NCBI GenBank assembly: GCA_900317575.1
Contig: ONHH01000024.1
Location: forward strand, 1-32,080
DNA from: an uncultured Bacillota bacterium
GTDB taxonomy: Bacteria; Bacillota_I; Bacilli_A; ML615J-28; CAG-313
DNA: 32,080 nt
Direction: 5' to 3'
This document shows, piece by piece, positions 10,596 through 20,784 of this stretch. Numbering within the stretch: position 1 is the first letter of the stretch; every line of letters begins with the position of its first letter. The position numbers were made by a program, and so were the translations under genes. The notes under the pieces are model-generated. The model saw nothing but the letters and a program-made list of their open reading frames with translations, was not told where the DNA came from and did not search any database.

Positions 10596-11017
10596 TAACG
10601 TTCACCGCTTTCTTCTTTCTTAACAAATTTTGTTTTAACTGGTAATTTATTAGCAGCAAGTCTAAGAGCTTCTCTTGCAACTACTTCTGATACACCAGCG
10701 ATTTCGAACATAATTGTTCCTTCTTTAACAACTGCATAATATCCATCTGGACTACCTTTACCTGAACCCATACGTACTTCAAGTGGTTTCTTAGTCTTGA
10801 TATTATGAGGGAATATTTTAATCCAAACTTTACCATCACGTTTCATATAACGTGTCATAGCAATACGGGCTGCTTCAATTTGATTAGCAGTGATCCAAGA
10901 TCCTTGTAATGATTGAAGACCATATTCACCGAAAGTAACTTCTTTACCGCCTTTTGCTTTACCTTCATAACTAACACGATGAGGACGACGATATTTTGTT
11001 CTCTTAGGCATTAACAT
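10595..11017 (-). CDS. rplP: 50S ribosomal protein L16
   Basis: [10 protein letters not shown] and EVRMGSGKG motifs. Confidence 0.99.
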   Translation of the reverse strand: MLMPKRTKYRRPHRVSYEGKAKGGKEVTFGEYGLQSLQGSWITANQIEAARIAMTRYMKRDGKVWIKIFPHNIKTKKPLEVRMGSGKGSPDGYYAVVKEGTIMFEIAGVSEVVAREALRLAANKLPVKTKFVKKEESGER

Positions 11018-11019
11018 GA

Positions 11020-11697
11020 TTATTTAGCCTCCTTATTTGCTTTATGATTATCCTTAGGTGCAGTTGGTAATACTTCACCTTTATTAATCCAAACTTTAAC
11101 TCCTAACTTTCCATAAGTTGTTAATGCTTCATCCCAAGCATAATCAATATTAGCTCTTAATGTATGACGAGGAACGCTTCCTTCGCTATAGCCTTCGCCT
11201 CTAGCAATTTCAGCACCACCTAAACGTCCTTTAACTAATGTCTTAATACCTTTAGCACCAGCTTTTAGAGTTTTTTGGATTGCTTTCTTTTGAACCATTC
11301 TAAATGATGCACGGTTTTCTAGATCTTCTGCAATCTTTCTTGCAACTAGAACTGCATCTTTATCTGCTTCATTTTGTTTAACTTCGATAACTGTTAAGAA
11401 TACTGTTTTCTTAGTCATCTTTTGTAATTGTTTAACAGCTTCATTCTTTTTAGAACCACCTGTACCAATTACTACACCAGGCTTTGCAGCATGGATAGAG
11501 ACAATTACTCTCTTACCTGTTCTCTTGATTTCAATACGTGAAACGTATGCAGCTTTATAGAATGATGATAAGAATTTACGAATTCTTAAATCTTCATGTA
11601 ATAGATCAGCAACTTGATTCTTAGGGGCATACCATTTAGCATCCCATTCACGAACGATACCAATTCTTAATCCTATTGGACTTACCTTTTGACCCAT
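11020..11697 (-). CDS. rpsC: 30S ribosomal protein S3
   Basis: [23 protein letters not shown] and TLRANIDY motifs. Confidence 0.99.
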   Translation of the reverse strand: MGQKVSPIGLRIGIVREWDAKWYAPKNQVADLLHEDLRIRKFLSSFYKAAYVSRIEIKRTGKRVIVSIHAAKPGVVIGTGGSKKNEAVKQLQKMTKKTVFLTVIEVKQNEADKDAVLVARKIAEDLENRASFRMVQKKAIQKTLKAGAKGIKTLVKGRLGGAEIARGEGYSEGSVPRHTLRANIDYAWDEALTTYGKLGVKVWINKGEVLPTAPKDNHKANKEAK

Positions 11698-11706
11698 ACG
11701 TTCCTC

Positions 11707-12060
11707 CTATCTTTCATCAGAAACCACAACAGTAATGTGGCAACTTCTCTTTAAAATTCGATATCCACTACCTTTAGCACGTGGATGCATTCTCTTTAAC
11801 ATTGTGCCTTCATTAACGAAGATTTGTTTTACAAATAAATCATCTAGGTTAACTTTAGCATCTTTATTTTCATTAGCGAAATTAGCATTTGCAACAGCTG
11901 AATTAAGTACTTTAAGAATTGCTTTACCACGAGGTGATTCAACATTATTTAAAATACCAATTGCTTCGCCAACTTTCTTTCCACGGATTAAATCAGCAAC
12001 AAGTCTAGTTTTACGAGGAGACATAGGAGCTGATTTCTTAATTGCTTTAAATTCTGCCAT
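11707..12060 (-). CDS. rplV: 50S ribosomal protein L22
   Basis: SPRKTRLVADLIRGK, KVLNSAVANA and PRAKG...KRSCHITV motifs. Confidence 0.98.
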   Translation of the reverse strand: MAEFKAIKKSAPMSPRKTRLVADLIRGKKVGEAIGILNNVESPRGKAILKVLNSAVANANFANENKDAKVNLDDLFVKQIFVNEGTMLKRMHPRAKGSGYRILKRSCHITVVVSDER

Positions 12061-12073
12061 ATGTTAAAACCTC

Positions 12074-12349
12074 CTAACGACCTGTCTTCTTATCTTTTCC
12101 GTGACCACGGTAAGTTCTTGTAGGTACGAACTCACCAAATTTGTGACCAACCATATCTTCTGTAACGTAAACTGGTAAATGAGTTTTACCATTATATACA
12201 GCTACTGTATGACCAACAAATTGTGGGAATATTGTAGATCTACGAGACCAAGTTTGAATAACCTTCTTTTGATTTGCAGCATTTAATGCTTCAACCTTCT
12301 TTAGAAGATGTTGATCAATGAATGGTCCTTTTTTAAGTGAACGTGACAT
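12074..12349 (-). CDS. rpsS: 30S ribosomal protein S19
   Basis: [10 protein letters not shown] and [13 protein letters not shown] motifs. Confidence 0.99.
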   Translation of the reverse strand: MSRSLKKGPFIDQHLLKKVEALNAANQKKVIQTWSRRSTIFPQFVGHTVAVYNGKTHLPVYVTEDMVGHKFGEFVPTRTYRGHGKDKKTGR

Positions 12350-12364
12350 ATTCTAGAGTTCCTC

Positions 12365-13195
12365 CTATCCATTACGACGACGAACAATTAACTTATCAGT
12401 CTTGTTCTTAGTCTTTCTTGTCTTCTTACCAAGTGCAACTTTACCCCAAGGTGTCATAGGTGACTTTCTACCTACTGGTTGTCTACCTTCACCACCACCA
12501 TGTGGGTGATCATTAGGGTTCATTACTGAACCTCTTACTGTAGGGCGAATACCCATATGACGAGTACGTCCTGCTTTACCAATATTAACTAGTGAATAAT
12601 CTAAATTACCAACAACACCAACTGTTGCACGACATTCATTAAGAATTCTACGTACTTCGCCTGATGTTAATCTTACTAGTACATATCTTTCTTCACGACC
12701 TAGGATTTGAGCACTAGCGCCTGCACTTCTTGCGATTTGTCCTCCATGTCCAGGATGAAGTTCGATATTGTGAATAACTGTACCAACTGGAATATTAACG
12801 ATTGGCATTGTGTTACCAACTTTAATATCTACTTTTTCGCCTGATAGAATTGTTTGACCAACTTTTAGTTCATCAGGTGCAATAATATATCTCTTTTCAC
12901 CATCTAAATAATTGATTAAAGCAATGTTAGCACTACGATATGGATCATATTCAATTGTAGCTACTTTACCAGGGATGTTGTCTTTATTACGTTTGAAGTC
13001 AATTAGACGATATTGTCTACCTTGAGCTCCACCTTTATGACGAACTGTGATTGAGCCTGAGTTATTACGACCAGCTTTATAATTTAATTTTACTAGAAGG
13101 CTTTTCTCGGGTTTACTTGTTGTGATTTCTTCATTAGTTAGAGTAGTCATATCACGACGACCATTAGTCGTTGGCTTATATACTTTGATACCCAT
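12365..13195 (-). CDS. rplB: 50S ribosomal protein L2
   Basis: [13 protein letters not shown] and [21 protein letters not shown] motifs. Confidence 0.99.
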   Translation of the reverse strand: MGIKVYKPTTNGRRDMTTLTNEEITTSKPEKSLLVKLNYKAGRNNSGSITVRHKGGAQGRQYRLIDFKRNKDNIPGKVATIEYDPYRSANIALINYLDGEKRYIIAPDELKVGQTILSGEKVDIKVGNTMPIVNIPVGTVIHNIELHPGHGGQIARSAGASAQILGREERYVLVRLTSGEVRRILNECRATVGVVGNLDYSLVNIGKAGRTRHMGIRPTVRGSVMNPNDHPHGGGEGRQPVGRKSPMTPWGKVALGKKTRKTKNKTDKLIVRRRNG

Positions 13196-13210
13196 ATTTG
13201 TTTCCTCCTA

Positions 13211-13495
13211 CTATACTTCGAATGCATCGATCTTTTGACCTTTAGCTAGAGTTACAATTGCTTTTTTGTAACCTGGCTTAAAGCCTTCATAACGATTCAT
13301 TCTTTTAGCCTTTCTTTTAACATTGATTGTTTGAATCTTTTCAACTTTTACATTAAAGATTTTTTCAATTGCATCTTTAATTTCTACCTTATTAGCTTCT
13401 CTTGCTACTTCGAATGTATATACTAATTTTTCTGCAAGTTGTGAGCTCTTTTCAGTAATGATTGGTCTAATTACAACATCATAAATACTTTTCAT
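13211..13495 (-). CDS. rplW: 50S ribosomal protein L23
   Basis: PIITEKS, ANKVEIKDAIE and YKKAIVTL motifs. Confidence 0.98.
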   Translation of the reverse strand: MKSIYDVVIRPIITEKSSQLAEKLVYTFEVAREANKVEIKDAIEKIFNVKVEKIQTINVKRKAKRMNRYEGFKPGYKKAIVTLAKGQKIDAFEV

Positions 13496-14121
13496 TATTG
13501 TAATGCCTCCTCATATTTTTCTACTGCTGCTTTAGTTACAACTAAGGTATTTGCGTTCATTAATTGATATACAGAAGCATGAGATTGAGTTTGAACTAAT
13601 ACATTTGGTAGATTTCTTCCTGCTAATTCAACATTAGGATTAGTTTCATCTAAAACAATAATTACTTTCTTGTCTTCAATCTTGAAGTTCTTTAATACTT
13701 CGATTAATCCTTTTGTTTTGAATGTTTCAAGTTCTAGATTGTCAAGAACAAATAAGTTTTCTTCTCTTAATTTTGAACTTAAAGCACAGCGTGTAGCAAG
13801 TCTAACTACTTTCTTATTAACTTTTAGGTTATAAGATCTTGGTGTAGGAGCAAATACAACACCACCACCACGCCATTGAGGAGCACGGATAGAACCTTGA
13901 CGAGCACGACCAGTACCTTTTTGTCTCCATGGTTTTCTACCACCACCGCTAACTTCATGTCTAGTCTTTGCTTTTTTTGTTCCTTGACGCATTGCTGCTC
14001 TTTCAGCTACAATTGTTTGGTAGATTGCTTGAGCATTATCTTCTTGAGCAAATACTTTTTCGCTTAATTCTAATTCTCCGCAAGCTGATCCATTTTGATT
14101 GTATAATACAACTTTAGGCAT
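13495..14121 (-). CDS. rplD: 50S ribosomal protein L4
   Basis: KTRHEVSGGGRKPWRQKGTGRARQGSIRAPQWRGGG. Confidence 0.99.
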   Translation of the reverse strand: MPKVVLYNQNGSACGELELSEKVFAQEDNAQAIYQTIVAERAAMRQGTKKAKTRHEVSGGGRKPWRQKGTGRARQGSIRAPQWRGGGVVFAPTPRSYNLKVNKKVVRLATRCALSSKLREENLFVLDNLELETFKTKGLIEVLKNFKIEDKKVIIVLDETNPNVELAGRNLPNVLVQTQSHASVYQLMNANTLVVTKAAVEKYEEALQ

Positions 14122-14135
14122 GTGTTACTCCTTTC

Positions 14136-14795
14136 TTATGCTAATGCTTCAGGATTGATTGTAGCATTCTTTGATTTAACTGCGTTCTTAACTACTACAA
14201 AGCTATTTTTAGCTCCTGGAACATTACCTTTAATTAAAATTACGTTGTTTGCAGCATCATATTTAACAAATGTTAAATTTTGAACTGTCTTAGTTTCGCC
14301 GCCCATACGACCAGCCATATGTTTACCTGGTTTAATACGTGCAGGATTGATTGAACCCATTGAACCAATACCTCTGTGGTATCCAGATCCATGTGCTTTA
14401 GGACCAATGTGAGCATTCCAACGTTTAACTACGCCCGCATAACCCTTTCCTTTTGAAGTACCTGTAACATCTACAAGTTCACCTTCAACAAAAATATTTC
14501 CCTTAACTTCACTGCCAACTTCAAACACTAGCATTTCTTCCCCAGCGATTTCTTTAATGAAGCGCTTAGGGGCTGTGTTTGCTTTTGCAGCATGTCCAGC
14601 TTCAGGCTTGATGACTTGTTTTTCTTTCTTGTCAGCATAGCCTAATTGTACTGCGTTGTATCCATCTGTTTCAACAGTTTTCTTTTGTAATACAACGTTT
14701 GGAGTAACTTCAATTACTGTAACAGGAATTAATGTGCCTGCTTCAGTAAAGATTTGAGTCATTCCGACTTTTTTACCTAAGATTCCTTTGGCCAT
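14136..14795 (-). CDS. rplC: 50S ribosomal protein L3
   Basis: [24 protein letters not shown] and KGNVPG motifs. Confidence 0.99.
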   Translation of the reverse strand: MAKGILGKKVGMTQIFTEAGTLIPVTVIEVTPNVVLQKKTVETDGYNAVQLGYADKKEKQVIKPEAGHAAKANTAPKRFIKEIAGEEMLVFEVGSEVKGNIFVEGELVDVTGTSKGKGYAGVVKRWNAHIGPKAHGSGYHRGIGSMGSINPARIKPGKHMAGRMGGETKTVQNLTFVKYDAANNVILIKGNVPGAKNSFVVVKNAVKSKNATINPEALA

Positions 14796-14822
14796 GATTT
14801 TTTCCTTTCTTTATTTTCTTTC

Positions 14823-15131
14823 TTATTTTAGAACGATATCTACACCTGATGGTAATTCAAGGTGAGCTAAAGCGTCCATTGTTTTAGGATTAATATTTTC
14901 AATATCAATTAAACGTTTGTGAGTACGACGTTCAAATTGTTCACGACTATCTTTATATTTGTGTGGTGAACGTAAGATTGTAAATACTTCCTTTTCTGTA
15001 GGTAGCGGAATTGGACCTGATACTGATGCACCAGTTCTCTTTGCTGCTTCTACAATTCTTTTTGCAGATTCATCTAGTAATCTGTGATCATAAGCTAATA
15101 ATCTAATTCTTAGCTTTCTTGTCTTTGCCAT
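14823..15131 (-). CDS. rpsJ: 30S ribosomal protein S10
   Basis: GPIPLPT...[25 protein letters not shown]. Confidence 0.99.
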   Translation of the reverse strand: MAKTRKLRIRLLAYDHRLLDESAKRIVEAAKRTGASVSGPIPLPTEKEVFTILRSPHKYKDSREQFERRTHKRLIDIENINPKTMDALAHLELPSGVDIVLK

Positions 15132-15139
15132 ATTTTTTT

Positions 15140-15262
15140 CCTCCTATAGCTTGGTTTTATAAGCTATCTAGACTCCATGCGAATTCCCTGGTCATAACGT
15201 ACGACTAGGCAACTCTGCCGTGCGTACCAGCAACCTCGCATATCTTAGCCCTTCTTTTAGCC
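15140..15262 (-). ncRNA. S10 (rpsJ) operon leader, structured cis-regulatory RNA
   Basis: GC-rich island in an AT-rich intergenic region. Nested helices ATGCGA(15241-36)/TCGCAT(15182-77), CTGGT/ACCAG and GGCA-GAGT-TGCC. The GAGGTTGCTG...TTGCC...CAGG...GGAG-TCTA pattern resembles the Firmicutes S10 leader as I recall it. Confidence 0.75.
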
Positions 15263-15268
15263 TTATAT

Positions 15269-15296
15269 ATTATACACTTTTTGCAAAATATAGCAA
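15269..15296 (-). promoter_or_regulatory. Putative sigma-A promoter of the S10 operon
   Basis: TTGCTA (15291-15296)-N16-TATAAT (15269-15274), directly upstream of the leader. Confidence 0.65.
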
Positions 15297-15345
15297 TTAA
15301 TATGCTCATTAATAAAAATGTAAACCGTTTTCTTAATTTTGAGCT

Positions 15346-15389
15346 AAATAAAAAAGAGAATAACTCTTATCATTTTTCGAGTTATTCTC
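15346..15389 (-). terminator. Intrinsic terminator after the M16 peptidase gene
   Basis: 11-bp stem GAGAATAACTC (15356-66)/GAGTTATTCTC (15379-89) followed by a minus-strand U-tract. Confidence 0.8.
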
Positions 15390-15415
15390 CTAAAATGTTG
15401 TTAATTATTTATAAT

Positions 15416-18298
15416 TTATTCCATTAATTTGACTTTATTCTTCAAATATTTTGATTCATTTTCAATTTTTTGTTCATTACCTACTACACATATTACAGCA
15501 TTTTTGATTGCATCTACATATATAGGTAGAACTTTTTTAATATCTTCAAGACTACAATTAATGATTTGATCTCTTATTTTTTGAATATCTTTTGCGGTAA
15601 TACCTTTTTGATAATATATATAATCAGAATTTCCTTGAGCTCTAGGACTTCTAGGTGCATCAAGTGGACCGATTGCAGCGATGATAGAATTAGTTAATTC
15701 TTCTTCAGTTAGATTTAATTCAGATAAATATGTCGGAATATCTAAAAAAGTTTCAATCGAATTTTCGAGATTTGGGTCACGATATGTCGTTCCTTCAAAG
15801 ATCCCTGGTCTTATGAATGAACAAGATACTCCATATGCACCACCTTGTACACGAGTTTTGATATATAAATAATCATTATTTATACTTACTTCTGCAACTC
15901 TTATTATTCCTTCATTACCTATTAATTTATCAGTACTTCCCGCCACCGCAACATATTGGATTTGTGATGGTGTCATTAAGCCTTCATTCTTAATATCTTT
16001 CTTAAAGAGTTTTCTTTCTTTTAAAGGATATATATCTTTATTTAATTTATTTAAAAATTTAGGTAGAACTTCTTTATATGTATTTTCTAATGAAGTATAA
16101 GATATAATTAAATTGTCTTTTCTAAATAGTAATTGACATAATTTATTTAATTTTGAAGATAGTTCATCAATATTTAAATTCTTATTTAGCTTTGCGATAA
16201 AGCGATATGCGTCTATTTCATTAATGATTTGATTATAATATGCTACTTCATTGATATATGATTCAGCTCTTTTAATTGCAGTTGCATCACCACGATTAAT
16301 AAATCTAGATTCTTTTAACGATTGTAGTTCTTTTAAGATTTCGCTTATACGTTTTTTATCAGTAAATTTAGACTCATACATTATTTCATGTGTTAAATCT
16401 AATGCTTTTTCTAAATTATTATCAAGACATGAGATACTTAATTCAAATCTTATATTAAGTTTTCCATCTTTTTCATATGTAGTATTTACTGTAGAAATAC
16501 CACCAGTTAATATTTTCTTTTCTAAATCTAATTCTAAATATGTATGTTTTTTTGTATCAACATATCCTAATAGTTCTGTAAGTAAACCTATATATGGAAT
16601 ATCTTCATCATCTACACTAGCTGCATCAAATGATAAATTAATGTAATCAATGCCATTAGTATTATACATATGTCTAACTAAAAGTGTATTATCTATATAT
16701 TCTTCTTCGTTAGATAGTTTTATTTCATCTTTACTAATATCATTTTTACTTAATTTTGGCATCGTTGCCAATTCTTCTTTAGTTGACGGAGTCTCTTGAT
16801 ATATCTTTAAATGCTTTGTATCTTCAATTAATTTATTAATCTCTTCATCGCTCATTCCATCTTTTAGTTTCTTTAATTTATCTTTTAATTCTTGATTCTT
16901 TCTTTCTAAATAAGTAGTTGATGGGTTTAAGGTAACTAAGGCTTTAAAGTTATTATTAATGATATATGTTTCAATGATTTTTTCAAAATAATCAGTATCA
17001 ATTTTCTCTCTTAAAGCTTTAAATAGATGAGTGTATTCTAAATATTTGCCAGGGAATGTGTCTTCATAAATCCATGGAGATAGATCAAACATATATATAA
17101 GGCCCATTGGAGCACGTCCAAAGTCTTTTTCTCTTGCTTTAAACTCAAAATAATTTAAAGTAGCAAGTAATTGTTTTTTATCAATTCCATTTTTAATTAC
17201 TTCTTTACATGTATTAATGATTGTGTCATAGAATTCTTGTGCTCTATTTGCTGGCGCATCTTTACTTATTATAACTAAAGCAGGCTGAAGTAAGCTAGAT
17301 GTGAATTGAGAAGATATATCTACACCTAATCCTTTATCTAATAAAGCTTGTTTTATTGGGGCTCCTTCTGATGAAATTAATATATCTTCTAAGATGTTCA
17401 TTGCAAGAATTAATTCTTGATTTTTATAATTATCAATTGATATTCCTAATGAATAATAAGTCTTGTTAGATATATCATCGTTTTTACCTATAGGATATTC
17501 AAACTCAGATATCTTAATTTTATTAAATGGTTTTTGATATTCAATTTGAGTATTAACTTCTATTTTATCAAAATAAGATAAATATTCTTTATCCATCCAT
17601 TCAAGTCTTTCATCCATATCCATTTTTCCATAAAGGAAAATATAGCTATTAGCTGGACTATAGAAAGTTTTATGGAAATTTAAAAAGTTCTCATAAGTTA
17701 AATCAGGAATAAATTCTGGATCACCGCCAGATTCACATCCATAGGTGTTATCTGGATATAATTCATGACGCAATCTTCTAAATAATACTTCAATTGGATT
17801 AGAAAATGCTCCCTTCATTTCATTATATACAACACCATTAATCTCTATATCACTATCTTTATCTTTTAATTCATAACGCCAGCCCTCTTGTCTAAAGATT
17901 TCTTCACGCTTATATACATTAGGATAGAATACAGCATCCATATATACTTCCATTAAATTCTTGAAATCTTTTAAATTACAGCTTGCAACTGGATATATAG
18001 TCATATCAGGAGCAGTCATTGCGTTGATAAATGTAGTTAATGAACTCTTAATTAATTCTGTAAAAGGATCTTTTACTGGAAATTTCTTTGATCCACATAA
18101 AGTTGAATGCTCTAATATATGTGGCACCCCAGTATCATCTGTAGGTGTAGTTCTAAATGCAATACCAAAAACTTTATTAATGTCTTCGTTTTCAATAGTT
18201 AAAACTCTTGCTCCAGACTTAATATGTCTATATTCTGATACGGTAGATTTTATATCTTCAATATATTTCTTTTCTATAAATGTGTAATTCTTGTTCAT
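15416..18298 (-). CDS. M16C (presequence protease PreP/Cym1-like) Zn-metallopeptidase, 960 aa
   Basis: Inverted zincin motif HILEH(STLCGS), INAMT.PD.T.YP, GVVYNEMKG, SGGDP and C-terminal RVQGGAYG/YRDPN. No signal peptide. Confidence 0.93.
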   Translation of the reverse strand: MNKNYTFIEKKYIEDIKSTVSEYRHIKSGARVLTIENEDINKVFGIAFRTTPTDDTGVPHILEHSTLCGSKKFPVKDPFTELIKSSLTTFINAMTAPDMTIYPVASCNLKDFKNLMEVYMDAVFYPNVYKREEIFRQEGWRYELKDKDSDIEINGVVYNEMKGAFSNPIEVLFRRLRHELYPDNTYGCESGGDPEFIPDLTYENFLNFHKTFYSPANSYIFLYGKMDMDERLEWMDKEYLSYFDKIEVNTQIEYQKPFNKIKISEFEYPIGKNDDISNKTYYSLGISIDNYKNQELILAMNILEDILISSEGAPIKQALLDKGLGVDISSQFTSSLLQPALVIISKDAPANRAQEFYDTIINTCKEVIKNGIDKKQLLATLNYFEFKAREKDFGRAPMGLIYMFDLSPWIYEDTFPGKYLEYTHLFKALREKIDTDYFEKIIETYIINNNFKALVTLNPSTTYLERKNQELKDKLKKLKDGMSDEEINKLIEDTKHLKIYQETPSTKEELATMPKLSKNDISKDEIKLSNEEEYIDNTLLVRHMYNTNGIDYINLSFDAASVDDEDIPYIGLLTELLGYVDTKKHTYLELDLEKKILTGGISTVNTTYEKDGKLNIRFELSISCLDNNLEKALDLTHEIMYESKFTDKKRISEILKELQSLKESRFINRGDATAIKRAESYINEVAYYNQIINEIDAYRFIAKLNKNLNIDELSSKLNKLCQLLFRKDNLIISYTSLENTYKEVLPKFLNKLNKDIYPLKERKLFKKDIKNEGLMTPSQIQYVAVAGSTDKLIGNEGIIRVAEVSINNDYLYIKTRVQGGAYGVSCSFIRPGIFEGTTYRDPNLENSIETFLDIPTYLSELNLTEEELTNSIIAAIGPLDAPRSPRAQGNSDYIYYQKGITAKDIQKIRDQIINCSLEDIKKVLPIYVDAIKNAVICVVGNEQKIENESKYLKNKVKLME

Positions 18299-18310
18299 AT
18301 GCTTTCCTCA

Positions 18311-18365
18311 TTTTCGCAAAATAATTTGCACAAACTCTTCATTTGCACAAATTATTTTTCACAAA
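18311..18365. repeat. Four TTT(G/T)C(A/G)CAAA boxes within an inverted repeat upstream of the peptidase
   Basis: ttttcgcaaa at 18311, tttgcacaaa at 18325 and 18342, ttttcacaaa at 18356; inverted pair aaaataatttg (18318-28)/caaattatttt (18348-58). Confidence 0.55.
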
Positions 18366-20671
18366 TTCTTATTTTTTTTTAAAATAAAATATAAAAGTGA
18401 AATACAACTTAGAAGTTCTACTAATACTATGCTCTTTTTTCCACACTTTTTCTTAGTAGGAGTTTCTTGTTTATTTAAAGTTTCATCATAAGATACCATT
18501 ATTTCATCAGATATCATACTCTTTCCACTTGAATATTTAACATTTAATCTTACTGCAAAATCTCCAGTTGCTAGATCGATATCACTAATTTCATATGTTC
18601 TTGCATCTCTTTCTGCATACATAGATATATATTTTTCTTGACTTACTGGACGATATTCAATAAATATTGCTTCAATTTGTTTATCAGAATCATCAATATC
18701 AAAATTTAATTTAAGATTTTTATTATCTATATTTGTTGCAGTTAATGACTTAATTAATGGTTTATTAATATTAATAGTTGTGAATTCTAAATAATCTTCA
18801 CAATTCATATCTTTATTTAATAATTCATCGTGAACTACATATTCTACTTTAATTAAATAATTAGTGTTACGATTTAAATTATTAAATGTATATTTATCTC
18901 CAAATTGCTTTAAATCAATACTTTGAAGGACTTCTGTTTGTCCTGCTAATAATATAGAAGCTTTAGTAGATATATATTTACTATAATAAGTTGATACATA
19001 TTCAATAGTAGCTGATGTTGCATTTATATCTATTAATTCAATACCATGTCTTGGTGGTACATATTTTGCAGTGCTACCTTTTAAGTTAATATATCTTTCA
19101 ACAGAGTTAATTGTATAATACAATTTAACATCATATTCAGTATCTTCATTTAAATCATTAATAACAATATTACCATTTTCGCCTGGATAGAATTTTTTAT
19201 TATTACATTCAGCATATATATTACTAATTACATCTTTATTATAATCATTAATTTTTGATAACGTAATTGATGTTCTAGTTGAATCTTTTCCATAACAAGC
19301 ATATCCAGGATCTCTAACAACAAAGAAGCATCCAGAAATGACATTTCTTTGTCTAACTCCTGAATCATTTGATTCATTTACAATATCAAATGAACCGGTT
19401 GGAGTTCTAACAATAGCTGTTACTGAACCACCACCATCTTGTTGATATGCCTCTACTACGCCATAATTCTTTAAAATAGCATTTGATTCATCATGATCAG
19501 TACCAGTAAAGTTACCATTATTAACTAATCCTCTCGCAACCGTCATTAGCACATATGTACCATCTGCTTTGCGGCCAAAAATTGATCGATTATAACGATT
19601 AGTATTATATGGAGCAGTACTTTCAACATCAGCGTTACCCTTTCTTTGTAAAGAATGATATCCAAATGCTGATTCAATATTATTTAATTTATCATCTATA
19701 TAATGTAATTGAACTCTTACTCTTGTTCCTTTGGTAAGAATTGATTCCAATCCATCTCCTTCAATACCAAAAGTAAATCTATTGAATGTATATGAATCAA
19801 ATATTTCGCTTACAGTACCCCTTCCAAACACAATATCTTCTTTTGAACCAACTGAATAAGTTCTAGAATTACTCATATATGCAAGTTCAGGATCTTCAAT
19901 TATATATAATTTTGATGAAGAATTTACTTCAATTGGATTGCAAATGCCATTTGATTCTTCATTATTATATGGAAACCAAACGGATATTTTTCCACTAGTT
20001 GGTGAAGAATTAATATTGTCTACATCATATATACTAAGAATGTTTCCATCATTATCTAATATTTCAAGTTTCAAACCGCTAAAAATTTCTGCTGCATTAT
20101 TTGTTGATGTCGGATAAATAAATGGTTCATTATATTTATTATTTGATATACCTATAAAGTTACTATAATTTCCAGTTGGACTAGCTGCAAATCTTCTTTC
20201 GCCATCCATAAACAAAGGATAATATGGTTGAGGAGAATAAAAGAATGCACCTGATGTATATAAATCTGAACCAAAATATTGGAAATATTGATCTCCATTT
20301 ACACCAGCAGTAACAATCCAACCTGGGTGAGTCTTTTCATAATCCTCTGCTATATATGTCAAACCAGCTCTACCATATTTATCATTACCACTTTGAATAG
20401 CCCATGCAACTAATTTTGAATTAATTCCATCAGTTTTCATTTCTAAAAGATTAATCATTTGATTGCCATCAGAAGAATATCTTGTAGAAGTAGTTGTACC
20501 ATATGCTTTTAAATGTTTAGTTCCATATATATCCTGAACTTCTTCGGTTTTAGGAGTCCATGACGCTTTACCATTATCAGATGTATTTGCATTAAATTTG
20601 TTTAAATTAATAAACATTAAACTAATTAATAATGTAATTATAAAAGAAAAAATGTATTTATATAGTTTCAT
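18359..20671 (-). CDS. Secreted phosphodiester glycosidase-family (NAGPA/DUF2233-like) protein with FN3-like stalk and KKCGKK-TM-basic C-terminal tail (paralog 2)
   Basis: N-terminal signal peptide; GVNGDQYF, NRSIFGRKADGTYVLMTV and AYQQDGGGSVT motifs; FN3-like DLNEDTEYDV and NLNRNTNYLI. Start moved to ATG 20671 behind GAGGTG. Confidence 0.8.
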   Translation of the reverse strand: MKLYKYIFSFIITLLISLMFINLNKFNANTSDNGKASWTPKTEEVQDIYGTKHLKAYGTTTSTRYSSDGNQMINLLEMKTDGINSKLVAWAIQSGNDKYGRAGLTYIAEDYEKTHPGWIVTAGVNGDQYFQYFGSDLYTSGAFFYSPQPYYPLFMDGERRFAASPTGNYSNFIGISNNKYNEPFIYPTSTNNAAEIFSGLKLEILDNDGNILSIYDVDNINSSPTSGKISVWFPYNNEESNGICNPIEVNSSSKLYIIEDPELAYMSNSRTYSVGSKEDIVFGRGTVSEIFDSYTFNRFTFGIEGDGLESILTKGTRVRVQLHYIDDKLNNIESAFGYHSLQRKGNADVESTAPYNTNRYNRSIFGRKADGTYVLMTVARGLVNNGNFTGTDHDESNAILKNYGVVEAYQQDGGGSVTAIVRTPTGSFDIVNESNDSGVRQRNVISGCFFVVRDPGYACYGKDSTRTSITLSKINDYNKDVISNIYAECNNKKFYPGENGNIVINDLNEDTEYDVKLYYTINSVERYINLKGSTAKYVPPRHGIELIDINATSATIEYVSTYYSKYISTKASILLAGQTEVLQSIDLKQFGDKYTFNNLNRNTNYLIKVEYVVHDELLNKDMNCEDYLEFTTININKPLIKSLTATNIDNKNLKLNFDIDDSDKQIEAIFIEYRPVSQEKYISMYAERDARTYEISDIDLATGDFAVRLNVKYSSGKSMISDEIMVSYDETLNKQETPTKKKCGKKSIVLVELLSCISLLYFILKKNKNL

Positions 20672-20727
20672 AATAATCACCTCATGAAAAATATATCATA
20701 TTTTGACATTATATTCTATAAATTAAC

Positions 20728-20768
20728 AAATAAAAAACTTAGTGTATTTTAAATTTACACTAAGTTTT
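20728..20768 (-). terminator. Intrinsic terminator between the two NAGPA-like genes
   Basis: 13-bp stem AAAACTTAGTGTA (20734-46)/TACACTAAGTTTT (20756-68), flanked by A/T tracts. Confidence 0.8.
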
Positions 20769-20784
20769 ATTTTATTATTTTATA

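Noticed and set aside
15318-15333. cre/LacI-like site ATGTAAACCGTTTTCT upstream of the S10 promoter
   Set aside because: It is one base out of register with the TGWNANCGNTNWCA consensus and could arise by chance in AT-rich DNA.
15416-18298. M16 peptidase as the enzyme processing the KKCGKK tail
   Set aside because: It has no signal peptide or TM segment, and M16C enzymes degrade short soluble peptides in a chamber. Adjacency alone is insufficient.
18359-18361. TGA read as Trp (genetic code 4)
   Set aside because: Long ORFs translate fully under code 11 with TGG for Trp, and this TGA falls right after the basic tail, matching the paralog's end.
18311-18365. Mini-CRISPR or IS end
   Set aside because: The repeats are only 10-11 nt with 4-7 nt gaps, and no cas or transposase gene is nearby.
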